Of a stretch of 64,000 nt of DNA, positions 29,934-37,840 are shown in pieces. A program made the translations under genes and the position numbers. The stretch's first letter is position 1. Every line of letters starts with the position of its first letter. Source of the stretch: Nitrospirales bacterium (GTDB lineage: Bacteria > Nitrospirota > Nitrospiria > Nitrospirales > UBA8639); contig JBDIVP010000001.1 of NCBI GenBank assembly GCA_039794325.1, positions 6,233 to 70,232 on the forward strand, read 5' to 3'. Under the pieces are notes generated by a model, which saw only the letters and a program-made list of their open reading frames with translations, did no database searches and had not been told where the DNA came from.

Positions 29934-30127
29934 AAGAAGAAGTTCCGTCTCGTGTGACTCTGATACATGTGTCGGGTGCCTGCGTGGTTGATCAATATGG
30001 GAAGAAAAAAACGTTCGACATTCCAAACCCGGAAGTGCGTTTCAATTGGGCGGTTTCGCCATCCTGAAAGATGCGCCGGTTGCAAAGAGTAGACATGGCC
30101 TGTGAGAGTCAAACTTATCCCTTCAAT

Positions 30128-30379
30128 TCATCGGAATCGCCGGAGATGATTCATCGGGTGGAATGAAAATTTCAAGATGATGTACTCTGCCGTTATGCCT
30201 ACTCATCGGCTGAGGGTATGATTTGCTTGAAAGAGAAAATGGAGAGAAAATTTCCATGAAAAATCATCAAGGAGTGATGTGTTGCAAGACGTTCATTAAG
30301 GGTTTTTCCGGCCTGTGATGCGACAATGAATGGGAAGGCGTTTTTTTCGATCCTGACAAACAGGCTCGTGACTCATCGG
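30128..30379. promoter_or_regulatory. four copies of TCATCGG in the 458-nt region upstream of purH
   Basis: TCATCGG occurs at 30128, 30151, 30203 and 30373. The last two share ACTCATCGGnTGArG and the second reads TTCATCGGGTGGAA. Any regulatory role is only inferred. Confidence 0.3.
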
Positions 30380-30484
30380 GTGAAGCTGGGGTTGACATCT
30401 TTCGTTGAAGTTCCGTGGATCATTTGGTAAGCTGCCAACCCCTTTCACGTACACATCAATCATTCATTCAACACAGGTGGACAC

Positions 30485-32041
30485 ATGGGAAAGCTTGGAA
30501 AAGCGCTGATCAGCGTTTCTGATAAGACCGGAATTGAACGGATCGCCAAGGGACTGGCAGGGATGGGTATGGAAATTTTGTCGACGGGAGGAACCGCGAA
30601 AACCCTGCAGGAAGCGGGTGTGCAGGTGACGGAGGTGGCCCGGTATACGGGGTTTCCGGAAATTTTGCAGGGACGGGTCAAAACCCTTCACCCCAAAATT
30701 CATGGGGGACTGTTGGGGCGCCGGAACGTGGGATCGCATGTCAAGCAAATGCAGGAGCAGGGCATTGCTCCGATCGATGTGGTGATCGTGAATCTCTATC
30801 CCTTTGAACAGACCATCGGCAAACCCGGCTGTTCCTTCGAAGAGGCTATTGAAAACATCGATATCGGTGGACCATCCATGTTGCGGTCGGCGGCCAAGAA
30901 TCATGAAGACGTGCTGGTCCTCGTCGATCCCGCCGATTATGATCGGGCTCTGGAGGCATTGCAGACCTCGACCGTCACGTTGAATCTTCGGCGGGAGTTG
31001 GCCCACAAGGTCTTTCAACATACGGCCCGCTACGACAGCCTCATTGCGAGTTATCTGGAGGCTCAATCCGCTCCGGGTGGTTCCGTGACCTTCCCGACCC
31101 TCCTGACCCTGTCCTATGAAAAAGTAGAGGATCTTCGCTATGGGGAAAATCCGCATCAGGCGGGCGCCGTCTATCGGGATCGACAACCCCGGGATGCATC
31201 GGTGTGCAACGCCAAGCAACTGCATGGTAAAGCCATGTCCTATAACAATTACCTGGATGCCAATGCGGCGCTGGAATTGGTGAAGGAGTTCGACGATACC
31301 GCGGTGGTCATTATCAAGCATAACAATCCATGTGGGGTGGCCCTGGGGACCACCTCGGTTGAAGCCTATGTGCGGGCGCGGGAGACCGATCCGGTTTCGG
31401 CGTTCGGCGGCGTGATTGCCTGCAACCAGGAAGTCGATCTGGATATGGCCAAGGAAGTCACCTCCACCTTTGTGGAAGTGCTGATTGCGCCGGGGTTTAC
31501 GCCCGAGGCTCTCACCGAACTCCAGCGAAAAAAGGATCTGCGCCTCTTGGCTGTGGGGCCGCTCGGCGGAAGCGGGCAGGACCCCCTGGATGTACGAAAA
31601 ATCGTAGATGGTCTGTTGGTGCAGCAACGGGACTTGGGAACCTTACGGGAGCAAGGTAATCTGACCATCCCCACCACACGGCAACCGACCAGCGATGAGT
31701 ATGAAGCCTGCGATTTTGCCTGGAAAGTCTGCAAGCATGTCAAGTCCAATGCCATTGTCTTTGCCTCAAAAAATCAAACCATCGGCATTGGAGCGGGCCA
31801 AATGAGCCGGGTCGATTCGGTCAAACTGGCCCAAATGAAAGCCAACTTGCCGATTAAAGGGGCGGTGATGGCTTCCGATGCCTTCTTTCCCTTTAGAGAC
31901 GGCATTGATGCGGCGGCCGATGCCGGAATCGTGGCCGTGATTCAACCGGGCGGCTCCATCCGCGACAAGGAAATTATTCAGGCGGCGGATGAACGGAAAC
32001 TGGCCATGATCTTCACGGGCATGCGGCATTTCCGGCATTAA
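30485..32041 (+). CDS. purH: bifunctional AICAR transformylase / IMP cyclohydrolase
   Basis: 518 aa full-length PurH (ALISVSDKTG, GRVKTLHPKIHGG, ...GMRHFRH C-terminus). Confidence 0.97.
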   Translation: MGKLGKALISVSDKTGIERIAKGLAGMGMEILSTGGTAKTLQEAGVQVTEVARYTGFPEILQGRVKTLHPKIHGGLLGRRNVGSHVKQMQEQGIAPIDVVIVNLYPFEQTIGKPGCSFEEAIENIDIGGPSMLRSAAKNHEDVLVLVDPADYDRALEALQTSTVTLNLRRELAHKVFQHTARYDSLIASYLEAQSAPGGSVTFPTLLTLSYEKVEDLRYGENPHQAGAVYRDRQPRDASVCNAKQLHGKAMSYNNYLDANAALELVKEFDDTAVVIIKHNNPCGVALGTTSVEAYVRARETDPVSAFGGVIACNQEVDLDMAKEVTSTFVEVLIAPGFTPEALTELQRKKDLRLLAVGPLGGSGQDPLDVRKIVDGLLVQQRDLGTLREQGNLTIPTTRQPTSDEYEACDFAWKVCKHVKSNAIVFASKNQTIGIGAGQMSRVDSVKLAQMKANLPIKGAVMASDAFFPFRDGIDAAADAGIVAVIQPGGSIRDKEIIQAADERKLAMIFTGMRHFRH

Positions 32042-32192
32042 ACAGGATGAAAAGCGCAAAGTGAAAAGGGGGATGTGAGAAGGGATGAACCGAAGATGCC
32101 CACACATCACGCCTTTCAAACCCTCAAACAATGTCCATCATCAACGGAGTTGATGTATTTTCAGGGATAGACCAAAAGGATACAACCATCGT

Positions 32193-33458
32193 ATGAAAGT
32201 GTTGATCATCGGCAACGGGGGGCGAGAGCATGCCTTGGCCTGGAAAGTGGCGCAATCACCTCGTCTGACCAAACTCTATTGCGCACCGGGGAATGCCGGG
32301 ATCGCCCAAGAAGCCGAATGTGTCCCCATCAAGGTAGACGATCTGCCCGGGTTGAAGGCCTTCGCCCAACGGGAGCAGATTGACCTGACCATCGTTGGCC
32401 CGGAACTGCCGCTGTCTTTGGGTATTGTAGATGAATTTCGTCGGGCCAAACTTCGGATCTTCGGCCCGACCCGCAATGCGGCCATGATCGAATCGAGCAA
32501 ATCCTTTGCCAAAGACCTGATGATCCGCGAGCACATCCCCACCGCGCTGGCCAGAACCTTTGATCAGGTTGAGCCGGCTGTGGCTTATCTGGAGACCTGT
32601 GAACTCCCGGTTGTCGTGAAGGCCGACGGCTTGGCGCAAGGTAAAGGCGTGATCATTTGCGAGACCCGCGATGATGCGAAAACCGCCGTGAGAGACATGT
32701 TGGAAGGCGGGCAGTTTGGGCCGGCCGGAGCCAGTGTGGTGATTGAAGAATTTATTGATGGAGAAGAATTGACCGTTATGGCGTTTGCCGATGGACGGAC
32801 CGTGGTGCCGATGATTCCGGCGCAGGATCATAAGCGGGTCGGGGAAGGCGATACCGGATTAAACACGGGCGGGATGGGTGCCTATGCCCCGGCGCCTCTA
32901 TGCACCCCCGCATTGCGTGACCGGATAGTGAAAGAGGTGCTCTACCCGGCCGTCAAAGGATTATTGCGGGTGGGCAGTCCGTATTATGGGGTGTTATATG
33001 CGGGCATCATGGTTCGCAAGGATGGTCAGCCGTTTGTCTTGGAGTTCAATGCCCGTTTCGGCGATCCCGAAACGCAGGTGGTGGTGCCGTTGTTGAAGAC
33101 CGATTTGTTGGATATCGTGGATGCGGTGGTCCATCATCGCCTGGATCAGGTCAATGTGGAATGGCACGATCAGGCGGCGGTGTGTGTCGTGCTGACCTCA
33201 GGGGGATATCCGGGGACCTATCCCACCGGCTTGCCGATTACAGGGTTGCCGGAAGGCCGGTCCGACAACGTGGTCATGTTTCATGCCGGCACGGCAAAGA
33301 AAGAAGAGCAAGTAGTGACCAGCGGAGGACGGGTGTTGGGCGTGACTGCCCTGGGTGCCACCATTCGTGATGCCCAGAAACGGGTCTACGATGCCTTGGC
33401 TCCCATCCATTTCGAAGGGCGCTATTATCGGAAAGACATTGCTCACCGGGTGCTGTAA
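32193..33458 (+). CDS. purD: phosphoribosylamine--glycine ligase
   Basis: 421 aa (MKVLIIGNGGREHALAWK, ATP-grasp core, FNARFGDPETQ). Confidence 0.97.
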   Translation: MKVLIIGNGGREHALAWKVAQSPRLTKLYCAPGNAGIAQEAECVPIKVDDLPGLKAFAQREQIDLTIVGPELPLSLGIVDEFRRAKLRIFGPTRNAAMIESSKSFAKDLMIREHIPTALARTFDQVEPAVAYLETCELPVVVKADGLAQGKGVIICETRDDAKTAVRDMLEGGQFGPAGASVVIEEFIDGEELTVMAFADGRTVVPMIPAQDHKRVGEGDTGLNTGGMGAYAPAPLCTPALRDRIVKEVLYPAVKGLLRVGSPYYGVLYAGIMVRKDGQPFVLEFNARFGDPETQVVVPLLKTDLLDIVDAVVHHRLDQVNVEWHDQAAVCVVLTSGGYPGTYPTGLPITGLPEGRSDNVVMFHAGTAKKEEQVVTSGGRVLGVTALGATIRDAQKRVYDALAPIHFEGRYYRKDIAHRVL

Positions 33459-33669
33459 AGGAGATCATTCTGAGCCGACGGCGAAGGATCTGCGTCCAAG
33501 GTAAAACACTCACCTGCAACCTCTCTCTTCCACGTTGGCAGATGCTCCAACTGGCTTCTTTTGACCAGAGCGAAGGCAGCAGCATGACTAAAATTGTAGT
33601 CCTCCCGTCCAAACGACTTTTTCACTGACTGCATAGTGAAATCCCAGGGGTAACCTCTTAGGCACTGAT

Positions 33670-34323
33670 ATGGAATTGCCCAAAATTCTCCCGTTTGAAG
33701 GTCTCCCTTCTCCGCATGTCATTCAACAGGTTGTAGACTGCATGAAGGCAAACGGCGTTCTGGCGGTACCGACCGACAGTTTCTACGCCATGGCGGTGGG
33801 GGTGTCTCAGCAATCCGCCCTCGAGCGGCTGCTCCGCATCAAGGGTGGGAGGGAAGGAAGTCCTATTCCCGTATTGGTGGGGAATCCATCCCAGCTGGAA
33901 CAACTCACGGATCAGATCCCAGATATCGCATGGACGCTCATCCGTCAGTTCTGGCCTGGTTTACTCACCCTGGTGTTGCCGGCTCGTCAAGGACTCTCTT
34001 CGATCCTTACTGCCGGCCAACCTACCATCGGCGTGCGGCAACCCAATGACCCGCGGGTCTGTGAGTTGTTGAAACATACCGGTCCCCTCACCGGCACCAG
34101 CGCTAACCGAAGCGGCCAACCTCCGGCACAATCGGCGGCAGAGGTGATGACGTACCTCGGTTCCGATATTGATCTGATCCTGGATGGCGGCCCCTCCCCG
34201 GGCGGCCAACCCTCTACCGTCCTGCAATTGGTGGGCAAGCCCCGCATCCTCCGCCAGGGCGCCATCTCACGCGACCGCCTCCACCAGGAGTTGCAAAAAA
34301 AAGGGGTCGGGAGTATTTTTTGA
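33670..34323 (+). CDS. tsaC: L-threonylcarbamoyladenylate synthase (YrdC/TsaC-type)
   Basis: 217 aa with a YrdC-domain pattern (VLAVPTDSFYAMAV, PGLLTLVLP, GTSANRSGQPP, STVL). It has no Sua5 C-terminal extension. Confidence 0.85.
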   Translation: MELPKILPFEGLPSPHVIQQVVDCMKANGVLAVPTDSFYAMAVGVSQQSALERLLRIKGGREGSPIPVLVGNPSQLEQLTDQIPDIAWTLIRQFWPGLLTLVLPARQGLSSILTAGQPTIGVRQPNDPRVCELLKHTGPLTGTSANRSGQPPAQSAAEVMTYLGSDIDLILDGGPSPGGQPSTVLQLVGKPRILRQGAISRDRLHQELQKKGVGSIF

Positions 34324-34669
34324 AAAGCTTTGGAAGCCCTCAATTGGGGTTGTTCAATGGGGGCACACCCGGTAAGTTGACCCCCAGCGCCTCTCGAATC
34401 GCCTGTCAATCTAAAGGATTCATTCTCTCATTGACTTGAGACGGAAGGGGCGATAGCGATCTTACCGTTTTATCCTTTTGGAATAATTATCCCAAGGTAA
34501 ATTTTCCATCATGATGGTCTGACTGCCGCCATGATATGACCGTCTCCAGCCATTCCTGCGATTTCCCTCTCGAACCCGAATTTCGCGGTTGGGGTAGCGT
34601 GTGTGGAATTGGAAGTGCCGCCTGTGCGTTATAAATCTGGACATGAGACCCGCAACAATAGACCACACA

Positions 34670-34740
34670 GTCATTTCCAGGGAAGCGAGAAATTTTCGCA
34701 CTAAAAACCAGAACAGATTTCTCCCCCTGGCCGAAATGAC
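34670..34740. repeat. imperfect inverted repeat (hairpin element) in a noncoding region
   Basis: The left arm is GTCATTTCCAGGGAAGCGAGAAATT (34670-34694). The reverse complement of the right arm (34716-34740) is GTCATTTCGGCCAGGGGGAGAAATC. Blocks of 8, 5 and 7 nt can pair, with small bulges. A related single arm, ATCATTCTGAGCCGACGGCGAAGGATCTG, lies at 33464-33492. Confidence 0.6.
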
Positions 34741-34863
34741 GTGCGGAAAGAAGCTAACCCTTTCAACCACAAAGCTCCCTGAATAGGTCAAGATTTTCTC
34801 AAGACCCTGTTGGTGAATTTCAGCTGCCGACAGACTCCTTCAGAATTTCAAGAATTCAAGGCC

Positions 34864-35439
34864 TCATTCTTCAATCGGCCTAATGTTACCGCAATCGGCA
34901 GAGAGCCATCGTCCTGTCTGGGTCATTTCTATGGTTTCAGATTTTCCATCCTCGGTTTGGGTGATCATTTTATGGTTTCCCGAATATTGCTTCGGACCTT
35001 GAAACTGTACTTCCCCCTCGCCGCTGGCCGGCGGGTCAGTGCAGGAAAATTTGACCGATAAACGGTTGGGGGTCTGTTTCATAATTGTTTGCGTGCAGCC
35101 TTCCTGCTGTGGGAGGACCCCCTGGTCAATCTCACCCTGAGTGATACACATTTTTATCGTATTGACCTTTTCTCCGAACCCGACACCTTGGGCTGCCATC
35201 ATTTGTTCAACCATTTTGCGCTGTTCGGGTGGCAAGCCGGCAAGCCGTTGCTGCATTTGGGCCATGGCTTCTTCCAGCTCCCCGCTTTGCGTTTTAACTG
35301 TATAGGAGTGCTCCCACAATCCCGGCGTCATATTCAGCTTCTCGGCCGAGACCATGCTGCTGTACATGGTGATGGCTATCCCCAGAGCGTAAAAAAGACT
35401 CTTATGGATTTTGCCTGGTTGTCTGTGAAACTGTTCCAT
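34864..35439 (-). CDS. DUF3617-like exported protein
   Basis: About 191 aa from the ATG at 35439, with AAAGGGG upstream. It has a signal-like N-terminus and a PGLWEHSY motif at the start of the mature part. Conserved Cys residues are spaced as I recall for DUF3617 lipoprotein-like proteins. Confidence 0.65.
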   Translation of the reverse strand: MEQFHRQPGKIHKSLFYALGIAITMYSSMVSAEKLNMTPGLWEHSYTVKTQSGELEEAMAQMQQRLAGLPPEQRKMVEQMMAAQGVGFGEKVNTIKMCITQGEIDQGVLPQQEGCTQTIMKQTPNRLSVKFSCTDPPASGEGEVQFQGPKQYSGNHKMITQTEDGKSETIEMTQTGRWLSADCGNIRPIEE

Positions 35440-35970
35440 TGTGCACACCCCTTTGGTTGACGATTGAGAGGATTCTGCCCCCTAGATGAGCATTTTGGTA
35501 AGCGAGGAACGTATCGAATGCTTCATGGGTTGTCAAACAATAGTTCTGGGCAATCTGACACTGGTTTCCCGTTTTTTCGGCATCCGGTTCAACCAATCAA
35601 AAACACTCGTTCCATGGTAACCGGCCCTCAAAGCCTTCCTTGTCCTATACCATCTCCAACGATCCGGCCATTCACGGTAAGGTGTCGCCCCTTGCCTGTA
35701 TTCAAAGGGTTCCGTTCCAGGATTGCATCGAGTGAACTTCTTGACTAATTTGATGCATTGTTTAAAAATTGTCTCGAAAAAATGACCAAAAGCATATGAA
35801 CACAATAATATTCCCTACCCAAATCTTTTCCCGATGGCCGGCCGGTGTTCGCAGCCCGCCGTCGGATCAGCATCCATGCAGGAAAAGGGGCAGGCGGAAC
35901 GGCCCATACCATGTTGAGAGAAGCGGTGTGGTCTCAAAAAAATTTCAATGACTTTGGAAGGAGTGCGCAG

Positions 35971-36783
35971 ATGAATCCCAACAAAGCACTATGGGAAAAG
36001 GGTGATTTTACACGAATTGCAGAGACTATGCGGGAGAGCGGCGAGGCCCTCGTCAGGGATTTCGGAATTACCAACGGGGACAAAGTCTTGGATCTCGGAT
36101 GCGGTGATGGAACGACGGCGGTTCCAGCGGCCAAATTTGGAGCCGACGTGTTGGGTGTTGATATCGCCGGAAACCTGGTTGCGGCCGGTAACAAGCGGGC
36201 AAAGGCCCTTGGCCTCACAAATTGCACGTTTCAGGAAGGCGATGCATCCGATATGCGTGAGGTGCCGGAAAGAGCTTTTGATCTCGTCGTGAGTATTTTT
36301 GGGGCCATGTTCGCACCCAGGCCATTTGATGTGGCCAAAGAGATGGTGCGTGTGACACGCCAGGGAGGTCGAATTATTATGGGAAACTGGATTCCCAATG
36401 ATCCGACCTTGGTTGCGCAAATCTTGAGGATCAGTTCTTCCTACACTCCCCCACCTCCTGAAGGTTTTGTCAGTCCGATGACGTGGGGGATCGAAAGCGA
36501 GGTGATCGATCGATTTGGCGCTACGGGAGTTACGGCAGAGAACATATCCTTTGCGCGAGATACCTTTACCTTCAACTTTGGCGGTCCACCATCGGAATTC
36601 GTTGGTGTGTTCAGAAACTATTACGGGCCAACCATGAATGCATTCGAAGCTGCGGAAAAGAATGGCCGGGCCGATGATCTGCAAAGGGAATTGGAAGACT
36701 TGTTCAACAGCCAAAACAAAAGTCGACGCCAAGATGCCACTTCCATTCCGGCCACCTTTTTGCGGGTGACTGTTGAACTTTGA
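35971..36783 (+). CDS. class I SAM-dependent methyltransferase
   Basis: About 270 aa from the ATG at 35971, preceded by GGAAGGAG. It has motif I (VLDLGCGDGTTA) and post-I/II motifs (DLVVSIFGAMF, GGRIIMGNW). The ORF is open upstream to 35845. Confidence 0.85.
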   Translation: MNPNKALWEKGDFTRIAETMRESGEALVRDFGITNGDKVLDLGCGDGTTAVPAAKFGADVLGVDIAGNLVAAGNKRAKALGLTNCTFQEGDASDMREVPERAFDLVVSIFGAMFAPRPFDVAKEMVRVTRQGGRIIMGNWIPNDPTLVAQILRISSSYTPPPPEGFVSPMTWGIESEVIDRFGATGVTAENISFARDTFTFNFGGPPSEFVGVFRNYYGPTMNAFEAAEKNGRADDLQRELEDLFNSQNKSRRQDATSIPATFLRVTVEL

Positions 36784-36996
36784 AGAAGAGGCAAGCGGGA
36801 GAAGGAAATGCTGAGGTTCCCAATGACCAACCCCTAGGATAAGGGTCATCGGGGTTACAAAAAAGCAAAAAAAGGGTTGCCACCTAGAAGGTTCTGGTCA
36901 AGTGGGCGCACGTTTTTCCTTTTTTCTAAAAACCTTTTCTATCCCCCTGGGGGCCTCGTTGAAGCAGGGAGTCCTATCGTAGTTTTTATTGGTTGC

Positions 36997-37026
36997 GGTG
37001 CTGACTCGGCGAGCAGAGTCAGCACC
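36997..37026. other. perfect 11-bp GC-rich stem-loop in an ORF-free region
   Basis: GGTGCTGACTC (36997-37007), an 8-nt loop GGCGAGCA, then GAGTCAGCACC (37016-37026). There is no U-tract on either strand, so it is not a canonical intrinsic terminator. Confidence 0.7.
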
Positions 37027-37599
37027 AAGAGCCCATCAGGATCAAGGCGAGGGAGGCGCCTGAGAGAATGCCGCCCCTGCATGACGTGCCCCAGAAAAGG
37101 GCTATAACTGTCTCCGCCTCTTTGAGGAAACCACTGTGGAAGCTTAGAGAGGTATTGTGTGTCTCTTGACCGGCGCGAAAGGAGCCGTATTCATGGTTTG
37201 GGCGTTTCTTGGACCGTTTTTATTGCAGAAAAAATGGTATCTTTCTGGAATTTCACTGCCTTCCCATTCCAATCAGACTGAGTGTTCTCGTCCACAAAAA
37301 ATGGGTCATTTCGTTTTTGTGAACGCAGTTCAGGCGTGGTTGATCCCTAATTAATTTAGGAAAAAGATGGGGAAAGACTTTTCTGTAACCCCACTGATTC
37401 AATCCGGCTATCGCTTCCAAAATTGGCGGATTAGGCTTTGGTAGGGATAGGTGATTGGGAATTCAGGGTTTTATGGAAATTGTCCCTACGCATTATCAAG
37501 CAGGTGAAGAGGAGAGGTAGGGTCAAGAATCTCGATACAGGCACAAGAGAGTCAATCCAATGGTTTCGATTTTGGTTGAACTAGGAATCCTCGGCCTAT

Positions 37600-37707
37600 T
37601 GACTGGGAATAGCTGCCGGTGTGGGGCACGGAATGCGAGGATAGAGGTGGAGAGGGGAGATGAGCCGAGCGTGAAGCCAGCTTGAGATCGGGAGGGTGCA
37701 CAAGGCC
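37600..37707 (-). pseudogene. diverged duplicate of the 3-prime end of the RmlD-like gene (fragment only)
   Basis: It is collinear with 39980-40088. ATAGCTGCCG occurs at 37609 and 39989, and the 22-mer TGAGATCGGGAGGG(T/C)GCACAAG at 37683 and 40064 (one mismatch), with spacing of 96 versus 97 nt. The minus-strand translation GLVHPPDLKLASRSAHL matches the gene's GLVRPPDLTMDSHRAYHL. The frame is then lost and there is no upstream continuation. Confidence 0.6.
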
Positions 37708-37840
37708 TCACGCTATGATGCCGCCAGGCTACTTGTCTGCTTGTGTGGTTTCTGTCGCTATGAATCTTTGATCACTACTTCATACAGGCTAAGAAGGGGC
37801 CCGGGAGAGTTTCAGCGTGCCAATGACATTTTCTCAATCC

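Noticed and set aside
30360-30484. A ZTP (pfl) riboswitch upstream of purH, prompted by CTCGTGAC at 30365-30372.
   Set aside because: The hallmark 3-prime pseudoknot segment (CCGCCTGGGCA-like) and the GGGTCGTGACTGGCG-type 5-prime consensus, as I remember them, are absent. Only a 6-nt coincidence remains. An Rfam scan would settle it.
34462-34791. A 109-aa minus-strand ORF. Its C-terminal part (NRRNGWRRSYHGGSQTIMME) vaguely recalls HicA toxins (..NGW...R..GSH...).
   Set aside because: The similarity is limited to a few residues and needs a frameshift. The ORF is too short after the GS(H) position. Its N-terminal half is just the translation of the inverted-repeat element (..FLASLEMT..). At most this is a decayed remnant.
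36828-36856. The stem AACCCC...GGGGTT (with inner ATGACC/GGTCAT) after the methyltransferase gene, as an intrinsic terminator.
   Set aside because: An A-run rather than a T-run follows on the plus strand, and on the minus strand the T-run precedes the stem. It therefore does not fit the canonical terminator geometry.
37182-37190. GAGCCGTAT, which resembles the 5-prime half of group II intron domain V.
   Set aside because: No complementary ...ACGGTTC 3-prime half lies within the next 30 nt. There is no reverse-transcriptase ORF and no other intron domain, so this is a chance 9-mer.
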